Of a stretch of 64,000 nucleotides of DNA, positions 28,613 to 36,196 are shown piece by piece. The DNA comes from Alphaproteobacteria bacterium (GTDB lineage: Bacteria; Pseudomonadota; Alphaproteobacteria; Sphingomonadales; JAKSBY01), in contig JAJFIV010000027.1 in the NCBI GenBank assembly GCA_021774625.1, positions 210,566-274,565 on the forward strand, written 5' to 3'. How positions within the stretch are numbered: position 1 is the first letter of the stretch; every line of letters starts with the position of its first letter. The translations under genes and the position numbers were made by a program. The notes beneath the pieces are model-generated. The model was not told the DNA's origin and ran no database searches. It was given only the letters and a program-made list of their open reading frames with translations.

Positions 28613-29779
28613 CTATTTTTTCTCCAATATAAATTTTAAAACAGACTGCCAATCTTCATTTTGGCTTGGCCGGCCTTGTCTTTCAAACCTGATCCTGCTG
28701 CCGCTGATTTCTGTCCAGACAGTCCTTTGCAGGGCGCTGGCCGGGTCTATCTCAATGCTGTCAGGCGGTGTCATGGGGTCCAGCTCGGAAACAATCAAAA
28801 ATCGGTCGTCGCGATAGAAGCTGGCTTTATTCCCGGCCAGTGCGCCGACTTCATAAGTATGAGTTGTGCCCATCTGGTTATCCAGACTGACCACAACCCA
28901 GTCCTTGCGCTCATCGGAATAACCGCGCCCCTCAAACACGGTCAGGGACCGATCACCATCCCGGTAATTCAGAAAGCTGATAACAGCACAGCCATCGAGG
29001 ACCTTATAGCCGGAGAGGGAAGCGGGGCTATTTTTACCATCTGCCAGTGTCACGCTGCCTTCCCAATTGCCATCCAGAAAATCGAAGGCCCGGTGTTCAT
29101 CCGCTGGACAGGCGGAGCCATCCGTATAAGTCAAAAAGCCCTCCCCGGCAGCGGACCAAGGAATATTTTCCTGCATGCGGACAAATTCGGCAATGGACCC
29201 CTGCTGCCAGGTCCGGCCGTCGGTGGTGCCGGCTCCGTCCCAGCGGAATGCGCCGGGCCGGATATCGGAAAACGTGTAGCGCGTTGTCCGCTTTTCATCC
29301 TCATTTCCGGTCAGGGCGCTGAAAAAGACCTGCAGGCGGCCATGGCGTTTAAAACCCTGCAACTGGCTGGTAAAAGCGGGGCGGGGCACGGCGCCGGGCC
29401 AGTGCTGCGCCATCACCCAGCGATCTTTCCCGGGATCATAATAGCGGAGGCTGAACCCATAATTGAGGCCGGCGCCGGCAGCGGGAGCCTTGTTGGCGGC
29501 CATTTCAATCAGCGCTTTGCCATCCAGCGCCGGAAAGACCCAATGTTGGAACTGCGCTCCCTGATCCATATGAAAAAATTCATTGGGCCGGTAAAAACGC
29601 CAGTTGTTCTCCCAGGACCCTATCCAGAAATCGTAAGCGCGGTAAATAGGATCACGCCATTGTTCTTTGATCTCCGTATCAATGGCGCGTTTGTCCGCAG
29701 CGCTTGCAACAGCCATGGAAATCAGCATGAACAGCGGAACGGCCAGGAGCGTGTGGATTGTTTTTCCGCTTTGCCGCAT
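28613..29779 (-). CDS. secreted protein of unknown function made of two homologous halves
   Basis: ORF 28613..29986. The likely start is ATG 29779 (MRQSGKTIHTLLAVPLFMLISMAVASA), with AAGGAAGG upstream. Each half opens with an aromatic-DF-x-x-G-x-WE motif (YDFWIGSWEN and FDFLDGNWEG). Confidence 0.6.
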   Translation of the reverse strand: MRQSGKTIHTLLAVPLFMLISMAVASAADKRAIDTEIKEQWRDPIYRAYDFWIGSWENNWRFYRPNEFFHMDQGAQFQHWVFPALDGKALIEMAANKAPAAGAGLNYGFSLRYYDPGKDRWVMAQHWPGAVPRPAFTSQLQGFKRHGRLQVFFSALTGNEDEKRTTRYTFSDIRPGAFRWDGAGTTDGRTWQQGSIAEFVRMQENIPWSAAGEGFLTYTDGSACPADEHRAFDFLDGNWEGSVTLADGKNSPASLSGYKVLDGCAVISFLNYRDGDRSLTVFEGRGYSDERKDWVVVSLDNQMGTTHTYEVGALAGNKASFYRDDRFLIVSELDPMTPPDSIEIDPASALQRTVWTEISGSRIRFERQGRPSQNEDWQSVLKFILEKK

Positions 29780-29885
29780 CTTTAGCCTTCCTTCTGCTGC
29801 GCTCTTCAAAGCGGATATTCCCATCTCAGACGGAGTAATGCTATAGAAAATCCGGTCTATATAATGGGTTGAGCCCGACGCATGA

Positions 29886-30098
29886 AGAACAGAAAATACG
29901 AAATCGCCTTCTGGGTTCTGTGATATCGAAACCGGCGAAGAACTCTGGAAAGGCCGTCTTCCCGCCGGCGGACAGGCTACGCCCATGACCTATCAGATGG
30001 ACGGCCGGCAATATATTGTGATCGCCGCCGGGGGCCATGGCGGACTTGGCACGAAGCGGGGCGATTATCTGGTGGCCTTCGCGCTGCCGGCGGAATGA
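29886..30098 (+). pseudogene. 3'-terminal remnant of a PQQ-dependent (glucose/quinoprotein) dehydrogenase gene
   Basis: The frame is open only from 29886, preceded by TGA, with no start codon. It translates to ...DIETGEELWKGRLPAGGQATPMTYQMDGRQYIVIAAGGHGGLGTKRGDYLVAFALPAE*, the characteristic last propeller blade and C-terminus of membrane PQQ dehydrogenases. About 700 upstream codons are missing. Confidence 0.75.
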
Positions 30099-30140
30099 AT
30101 TACCCCCAGACCGTGATAACTGGTCTGAAATACCACCCCA

Positions 30141-30171
30141 ATACAATATAAATTCCCACATACAATATAAA
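30141..30171. repeat. 12-bp perfect direct repeat ATACAATATAAA x2 (starts 30141 and 30160)
   Basis: Read directly, in the AT-rich region upstream of the TonB-dependent receptor gene. A third copy of AATACAATAT lies at 35861-35870, next to the regulator gene start. Confidence 0.4.
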
Positions 30172-30183
30172 AATCCAAACTGA

Positions 30184-30207
30184 TTAAATAAACGAACGTT
30201 TATTTAA
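30184..30207. promoter_or_regulatory. 24-bp palindrome TTAAATAAACG-AA-CGTTTATTTAA (candidate operator)
   Basis: Read directly: 11-bp perfect arms, 160 nt upstream of the receptor ATG. A near-copy is at 35966-35983. Confidence 0.45.
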
Positions 30208-30366
30208 CTAAACTATAAGTAATAATCTTATAGTGAATTGTAATAAATTGCATTTTTAAATATTTTTACTTTGTGGAGGACGATTATTCTTCATGAAAAT
30301 AGAAATAAACGCAGAAGCCTTTTGGTGCGCCAAAGGGCATGCGCATTTTTAAAAGGGAAACTAAGT

Positions 30367-33300
30367 ATGTGGAGGAAACACACATTAAAAAACACCCTGA
30401 TGGCATCGGCGGCAGGGTTTTGCCTGACCGGTGTTTATCTGCCGGGTGCCCTGGCACAGACCCAGGATCAGGCTTCGGACGACGCCGAGGTCGATCAGAT
30501 CATCATCACCGGTTCGCGTATCGCGCGTGCCGGGTTTGATACGTTGCAGCCGGCCACGGTGGTGGATCAGGAATTCTTCTCGATACGCGGTTTTGACAAT
30601 GCCGCACAGGCCCTGAACGAAATCCCGCAATTCGGTCTTCCTGCCGCCACCAACCAAGGCGGCCAGAACTCGAACAATGTCGGTCAGAATATCGTCAATC
30701 TGTTTGGTCTGGGATCGCAAAGGACCCTGACCCTGATTAACGGCCGCCGCACGGTCGGCCAGAACACCCCGAATGTCGGCGGAGCGGCTGCCCCGGGTTT
30801 GCAGGTTGATCTTAACATCATTCCCACCGGCCTGATTGACCGGATTGAAACCATTGAGACCGGCGGTGCGCCGATTTACGGTTCCGACGCCATTTCCGGG
30901 ACCGTCAATATCATCCTCAAGGATGACTTTGAAGGCCTGACGACCGATCTGCAATATGGCATCGACGAGGGCGGCGACGCGGAAAGTTGGCGTTACCGCA
31001 CACTGCTTGGCGGCAACTTCGCCGACGGCCGCGGTAATGTGGTGATCAGCTTTGAGTGGAACAAGCAGAATGCACTTGATGCCCGGGAACGTCCCGGTCT
31101 GATCAACAGCCCGGCATTTGTGCCCAATCCCTTGGATACCGGCCCCCAAGACGGCATTGTCGACACTATTTTCATGGATGACGCGTTGAATGTCTGGCAG
31201 GTTCCCAATACCGGCTTCCTGTTGTTGGGAAATGACGCTGTTTCTGGTGTACAGGATGCTGATGGCAATCCGACATTTAACGGATTCCTCAGTGGTTCTC
31301 AGATTCTCCCCAGCGATGCCAATGGCAATCTGGTCATGCTGGGTTTTGACGGTAACATCATCCCCATCGAACAAGCCAATCTTGGTACTCCGTTTGCTTC
31401 CCGTGTGTCATTCTTCTCTCAGGGCGCGGATGGCGCGAATAACCCGTTCGTCTCGGAACTGGATGAACTGAACACCTTTGTCAGCCCGCTGGAACGGTTC
31501 AGCATGAATGCGCTCGGACATTATGAGGTCACGGATAAAATCCGCGTCTTCTATGAAGGCCTGTATTCACGGTCCGAATCGGTTGACAATTCCAACCAGC
31601 CGCCATGGTCGACCCTGTTTTTTAATAATGCTGACAATGGCGCACTCGGCAATTACAAGATCAATATCGGGAAAAACCCGTTTGTCAGCCGGGAAATTCA
31701 GGATCTCTTCGAACTCAACGGTATATTTGACCCGCTGCTTGTGGATGATCCGGCGACGACCGATGTTGATGAAAGCGACCAGTTTTTCTGGGTCACACGG
31801 TCAAATATTGATATCATTGGGGATTCCCCAAATTTCCGGGATCAGGATGTGTTCCGCTTCGTGGTGGGCGCGGAAGGGGATGTTTCCCTGATGGACCGGG
31901 AATGGAATTGGGAAGTCGCCTATACTTTTGGTCAGACAAATGCCTCCACGCGACAAAGTGTCGTTAATGGCTCGCGTCTGAGCCTGGCTACGGATGTTGT
32001 TCTGGATACCGATGGTAATCCAACCTGCCGGGTGACCGAGGAAGGCCTTACGGGACTTGGAAAAGACGGCAGCTTACCGGGTTTTGGCACCGAGTTCGAT
32101 ATCGCGAATTGTGTGCCCATCAACATTCTGGATTTTGGCTCCATTTCGGAAGAGGCCATGGCTTTCGTCATCCAGCAGCAAGGCCAGTCGAACCGGCTGC
32201 AGCAATCGGTGGTGGAAGCTAATATTGCAGGCTCATTCTTTGATCTTCCGGCTGGCGAGGTTGGTTTTGCGACCGGTGTGACCCACCGGCGTGAACGCGC
32301 CAGCTTTGACGCTACTCAGGGCTCCCGCATGGGTGTCGCTCCAAATCCGCCGGTTGAACCGGTCTCGGGTGGCTTTAATACCTGGGAATGGTACGCGGAG
32401 ACTGTTGTTCCGATCATGGCGAATGGTGAAGGCTTCGACTTTTTCGAAGGCATCATCAGCGACTGGACTTTTGAAGCCGCGGTTCGGGTTGTGGAAAACA
32501 ACTTCTCGGGTACGGATACCACCTGGACGGCCGGCGGGCGTTTGACGCCGGATATTCTTGACGGCATCCTGACCATTCGCGGTAACTTCACACAGGCGAT
32601 CCGCTCACCGGCGGTGACCGAGCTGTTCCTGCCGCAGGTGTCGGTTGGAACATTCGCAATTGACCCGTGTGATCAGCGCGATATCACATCCGGGAATAAT
32701 CCGGCGGTTCGTCAGGCAAACTGCAACGCGGCGGTTGCAGCCCTGGCGGCAACGTTGGATCCTGCCTTCAATCTGAGCACCTTCCGCGCCATTTCGCGGA
32801 ATGCGTCACAGGCGGCCATCACGGGCGGCAACGATCAGCTGGAAAATGAGCGGTCCGATGCCTTCTCGGTTGGCGGGATCATTACGCCGGCTTTCATTCC
32901 GGGTCTTCAGGTCACGGTTGATTACACTCAGATCGTTATTTCGGATGCGATCGTGAATCTGTCCGCCACCAATATTCTGGCGGCCTGCTTCGACAGCCCG
33001 AACTTCCCAAATGAAGCGGCTTGTGACCGGTTCGAGCGGGATCCGGTGACCTTCCAGCCCAGGAACTTCGTCTCCGGCTTCGTCAACGCAGCGGAACGAC
33101 GGTTCAGAGGGCTGACGGTTCAAAGTAACTATAGCTTTGCCTTGGCTGATGTGGTGGGAGCGCTAGATGGAAATGTCAGAATAGCCGGCAACTATTTCCA
33201 CACTTTCCGCAGTGATCAGCAGGTTGGTGCAGGTGATCTGGCCCTTTTTGCATCGGAACGGGGTAATGAAAGAGACAGGTACCAAGTCAACGTCACCTAT

Positions 33301-33621
33301 AATCTGGACAGGTTTACCGCATTCGTGCAAGTGCGGGGTGATTTGGGTGGTGTATTTAACCAGGACGACCTGACCGCAGCGCGAAGTGCCGGAAACGGGG
33401 TTGGAGAGAATCGAGATATCCAGAAGTTCCCGGGTTACAAAGTGTTCAACCTCAGCCTGCGGTATGATGTTACCGATAACACCTATATCCAGGCTCAGGT
33501 GAACAACCTGCTTGACGCGTCAAACGATCCATTGCGTCAGGCATCCGTTGGCAGTAACTCAAACATAATTGATGACGTCTTCGGCCGGCGCTATCTGTTC
33601 ACGGCCGGCGTAAGCTTTTAA
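30367..33621 (+). CDS. TonB-dependent receptor (large, about 1084 aa)
   Basis: ORF 30271..33621. The likely start is ATG 30367 (MWRKHTLKNTLMASAAGFCLTGVYLPGALAQ signal peptide). It has a TonB-box/plug (DQIIITGSRIARAG, RIETIETGGAPIYGSDAISGTVNIILK), a long beta-barrel and a C-terminal aromatic residue (TAGVSF). Confidence 0.9.
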   Translation: MWRKHTLKNTLMASAAGFCLTGVYLPGALAQTQDQASDDAEVDQIIITGSRIARAGFDTLQPATVVDQEFFSIRGFDNAAQALNEIPQFGLPAATNQGGQNSNNVGQNIVNLFGLGSQRTLTLINGRRTVGQNTPNVGGAAAPGLQVDLNIIPTGLIDRIETIETGGAPIYGSDAISGTVNIILKDDFEGLTTDLQYGIDEGGDAESWRYRTLLGGNFADGRGNVVISFEWNKQNALDARERPGLINSPAFVPNPLDTGPQDGIVDTIFMDDALNVWQVPNTGFLLLGNDAVSGVQDADGNPTFNGFLSGSQILPSDANGNLVMLGFDGNIIPIEQANLGTPFASRVSFFSQGADGANNPFVSELDELNTFVSPLERFSMNALGHYEVTDKIRVFYEGLYSRSESVDNSNQPPWSTLFFNNADNGALGNYKINIGKNPFVSREIQDLFELNGIFDPLLVDDPATTDVDESDQFFWVTRSNIDIIGDSPNFRDQDVFRFVVGAEGDVSLMDREWNWEVAYTFGQTNASTRQSVVNGSRLSLATDVVLDTDGNPTCRVTEEGLTGLGKDGSLPGFGTEFDIANCVPINILDFGSISEEAMAFVIQQQGQSNRLQQSVVEANIAGSFFDLPAGEVGFATGVTHRRERASFDATQGSRMGVAPNPPVEPVSGGFNTWEWYAETVVPIMANGEGFDFFEGIISDWTFEAAVRVVENNFSGTDTTWTAGGRLTPDILDGILTIRGNFTQAIRSPAVTELFLPQVSVGTFAIDPCDQRDITSGNNPAVRQANCNAAVAALAATLDPAFNLSTFRAISRNASQAAITGGNDQLENERSDAFSVGGIITPAFIPGLQVTVDYTQIVISDAIVNLSATNILAACFDSPNFPNEAACDRFERDPVTFQPRNFVSGFVNAAERRFRGLTVQSNYSFALADVVGALDGNVRIAGNYFHTFRSDQQVGAGDLALFASERGNERDRYQVNVTYNLDRFTAFVQVRGDLGGVFNQDDLTAARSAGNGVGENRDIQKFPGYKVFNLSLRYDVTDNTYIQAQVNNLLDASNDPLRQASVGSNSNIIDDVFGRRYLFTAGVSF

Positions 33622-33650
33622 GCAATAAGAAGCACACCTTCTTATTCTCT

Positions 33651-33682
33651 AACCGGGGCCTTCGGGCCCCGGTTTTCTTTTG
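33651..33682 (+). terminator. rho-independent terminator after the receptor gene
   Basis: AACCGGGGCC-TTCG-GGCCCCGGTT followed by TTCTTTTG. A second small hairpin (AATAAGAAG-CACAC-CTTCTTATT) lies at 33624-33646. Confidence 0.7.
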
Positions 33683-33687
33683 GGAAA

Positions 33688-35856
33688 TCAATCGATAAGG
33701 GGGACGGTTTGAATGTCGCTTTCCACACCGCTGCGTGAAAGATAATAAATAACATGTCTCTCGGGGACGATGGCAAAGCTGAAAATCATATGCGGTATAC
33801 GGTGAACGGGGACAGTTTGCTTTGTTACAAGGTTGAACCGGTAACATTGTGACCCGCCTTTATCAGTTTCCGGCACCAAAAAATAAATGTCATTTCCTAT
33901 AATCTGCCACGCAGGGGCGCGAAAGCCTTCTGAAGGGCTGTGCACAAATTCCCGCTTTTCGCCATCCACCGAGATACGCCAAATCCCGGACTGGCCAGAC
34001 GGATTTTTCATATAATAATATATCCAATCCGCACCAGGCGCCAATTGAAGATTATTCCCGGCGTCTCTGCTCAATATTCTTTCTCGGCCGGTCTCAAGAT
34101 CAATCTCACGAATCTGCCACATTCGATTGCGATAAGAGCTGTAGAAAATTTTGCTTTCGTCCGCTGAAAAAACAGGACTGGCCGTGGGATATTCGCTCGA
34201 TGTGACTTCGATCGCGTCCTGATCGTTAATTTTCAGCACATAGATGCCTGCTCGCTCACCCTTACCGGCCACAAAAGCCATTTTGTCACCCGCTGGATTC
34301 CAGCTTACATTGGTTGCCGTGCTTGCTTTTGCCTGATCCGATAGAGAAAGAACAGAACCGTCCTCGCCGACAATGTCAAATTTGGGGATATTCCCATCGA
34401 AATATCGGACAGCGATTTTATCTCCGGCGGGAGATGGCCGCACTTCGAACACATATCTGGATCGGTAATCCTGTAAATACGGGGCCAGATAGTCGGCAGA
34501 TACATCAGGGTTCTGATCCTGCGACAAAGGAAAGGGCGCAATCCTGAGCGGCCGGGCGAAAAAAGCCGAATTAAACGCCAGATACTCCCCTGATCCCGGG
34601 ATGCGCGGCGTGACCGCGCCAGTTGGTGCGGCGGGAAACCAGACCTCCTCACCGCTTTCGACAGATATTCTGTAAATGGCATCCGCGCCTTTTCGTTCTG
34701 ACGAGAAATAGATGGTCTTCCCATCCGGGGCCCAGTCCAGCCCTTTGATAAATTGATAGTCTTTCGTCAATTGCCGCGCGGCCGACCCATCGGCGTTGGC
34801 GATATAGATGACGGCATAGCCGGTCGAGGTGTTTTGTGTATAAGCGATCCGGGTCGAGTCGGGAGAATATACGGGGTTGAAATACAGATACTGATTATGG
34901 GGTTTGATAATAATGTCGGTCTGTTTCGTTTCAAAGGTATAACGCTCAACCGTGCCATCGCCTGTTTCCGGGTCACTACCCAGGAATATGAGGTGTTTCC
35001 CATCGGGCGACCAGTCGAGAATTCTGTTGAAAAGCCCTCCTGAGGCCGTACCACAGGGTGTGATAAAAGTTTCTTCTCCGCCCTCCAGACCGATAGTGTG
35101 GATATTGCAGCCAAGACCGGTATTAAAACGGACGAAGGCTATTTTTGCACCATCCGTCGCCCACACGGGGTTGTAATCAAAAACGCCTGGTGTGTGACTT
35201 GTCAGCTTGGAGACAGTCCCGGCCCCGTGATGATAAACATAAAGACTTGCCGACGACATCACAGGCTGGTCGCCCCGGGAAAAAGCGATTTTTGTGCCGT
35301 CTGGCGATGGTTCCGGGAAGAATTCCGGCCCGCTGAAATTCGTAATTGTTGTAATATACGGCTGCTCAATGCTCGGGGCGCTGAATGTGCTAAAATAAAT
35401 CAGGGCCAGTGTCAGCCCGGCCGCCAAAACAGCCGTCATTGCGGTTAGGGTTGTTTTTCTGTTTATTATGAATGCTGCGAGCGCCCCTGAATTCATCCAT
35501 TTGAATTCTTCACGGCGCGGTTTTTCAATAAATTTATACCCCTTTTTGGAAATAGTCCGGATAAATTGAGGATTTCTAGGATCATCGCCCAAGGCGTTTC
35601 GGAGTTTCTGGACCGCTGTTGTCAGTGCGTCGTCGCTGACAAATACCCCGTTCCAGACCTGGTCGAGGATGGCCTCCCGCGAAACAACATGGCCGGACTG
35701 ACTGGCGAAGAACAGCAGCAGGTCCATAACCTTCGGTTCCAGCTTGACGATTGTGTCACCCTTTCGGATTTCAAGTCCATCGGGGTCGATACGCCAATCA
35801 CCAATGCAAAAAGGTCTCTCAAACAGCAATGATTGAGATCTGACGGGTTCATTCAT
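33688..35856 (-). CDS. ToxR/CadC-like transmembrane transcriptional regulator with periplasmic TolB-like beta-propeller
   Basis: 722 aa. It has an N-terminal OmpR/PhoB-type winged helix (VKLEPKVMDLLLFFASQSGHVVSREAILDQVWNG...ALTTAVQKLRNALGD) and a single TM (LTAMTAVLAAGLTLALIYF). The rest is repeated SPDG/APDG-type blades (FSPDGTKIAF, WSPDGKHLIF, YSPDSTRIAY, WAPDGKTIYF). Confidence 0.8.
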   Translation of the reverse strand: MNEPVRSQSLLFERPFCIGDWRIDPDGLEIRKGDTIVKLEPKVMDLLLFFASQSGHVVSREAILDQVWNGVFVSDDALTTAVQKLRNALGDDPRNPQFIRTISKKGYKFIEKPRREEFKWMNSGALAAFIINRKTTLTAMTAVLAAGLTLALIYFSTFSAPSIEQPYITTITNFSGPEFFPEPSPDGTKIAFSRGDQPVMSSASLYVYHHGAGTVSKLTSHTPGVFDYNPVWATDGAKIAFVRFNTGLGCNIHTIGLEGGEETFITPCGTASGGLFNRILDWSPDGKHLIFLGSDPETGDGTVERYTFETKQTDIIIKPHNQYLYFNPVYSPDSTRIAYTQNTSTGYAVIYIANADGSAARQLTKDYQFIKGLDWAPDGKTIYFSSERKGADAIYRISVESGEEVWFPAAPTGAVTPRIPGSGEYLAFNSAFFARPLRIAPFPLSQDQNPDVSADYLAPYLQDYRSRYVFEVRPSPAGDKIAVRYFDGNIPKFDIVGEDGSVLSLSDQAKASTATNVSWNPAGDKMAFVAGKGERAGIYVLKINDQDAIEVTSSEYPTASPVFSADESKIFYSSYRNRMWQIREIDLETGRERILSRDAGNNLQLAPGADWIYYYMKNPSGQSGIWRISVDGEKREFVHSPSEGFRAPAWQIIGNDIYFLVPETDKGGSQCYRFNLVTKQTVPVHRIPHMIFSFAIVPERHVIYYLSRSGVESDIQTVPLID

Positions 35857-35965
35857 CGTTAATACAATATGCGCGATTTTGAATAATCTTCCTGTTACTA
35901 TATATTATATCATATTTTTATAGATTATCTTATAATAAAAATCAGCTTACTGTAATATCTAAATT

Positions 35966-35983
35966 ATAAACTAACGTTTATTT
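35966..35983. promoter_or_regulatory. near-copy of the 30184-30207 palindrome core (ATAAACTAACGTTTATTT)
   Basis: It matches ATAAACGAACGTTTATTT at 17 of 18 positions. It lies 110-127 nt upstream of the regulator start (35856, minus strand) in a very AT-rich region. Confidence 0.35.
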
Positions 35984-36136
35984 TATATTAATTATATATG
36001 CCCGTTCCCTTTTGGTTTTAAATTACTACGCCGAATGACGGAATCCTGCTCCGGGATTCACCATGCGACGTTGTTTCCATTATTAAACTAGCTTTAACCT
36101 TATTGCGCGAAAAGAACGGGGTAAAAGTTTTATGTA

Positions 36137-36178
36137 ATGGCATGCATTTTATACCGGGTCAGTGGAAATGCATGCCAT
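36137..36178. promoter_or_regulatory. perfect 13-bp inverted repeat ATGGCATGCATTT-N16-AAATGCATGCCAT just upstream of the chemoreceptor gene
   Basis: Read directly. The right arm ends 18 nt before ATG 36197 and just before the AAGGGGG Shine-Dalgarno sequence. Confidence 0.4.
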
Positions 36179-36196
36179 GTGACCAAGGGGGTTTTC

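Noticed and set aside
28583-28615. Imperfect hairpin TAGGGGGATGG-N10-CCACCCTCCCTA at the stop codon of the secreted tandem-domain gene, as a terminator.
   Set aside because: The stem has an indel and overlaps the stop codon. On the gene strand it is followed only by TTTG. This is too weak to list as a feature.
28613-29986. The N-terminal 69 residues of ORF 28613..29986 (MGVACPPAGRR...).
   Set aside because: This part overlaps the PQQ-dehydrogenase remnant on the other strand and has no signal peptide. An internal ATG (29779) with a good Shine-Dalgarno sequence is followed immediately by a classical signal peptide.
30141-30171. Possible CRISPR-like or tandem-repeat array in the AT-rich region.
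   Set aside because: Only two 12-bp copies separated by 7 bp are present, there are no cas genes, and the repeat is far too short. It is better explained as a transcription-factor site.
30211-30250. A Fur box upstream of the TonB-dependent receptor (TAATAATCTTATAG region).
   Set aside because: The best by-eye alignment to GATAATGATAATCATTATC matches only about 8 of 14 positions in an AT-rich background. I also saw no Irr ICE-like TTTAGAA-N3-TTCTAAA.
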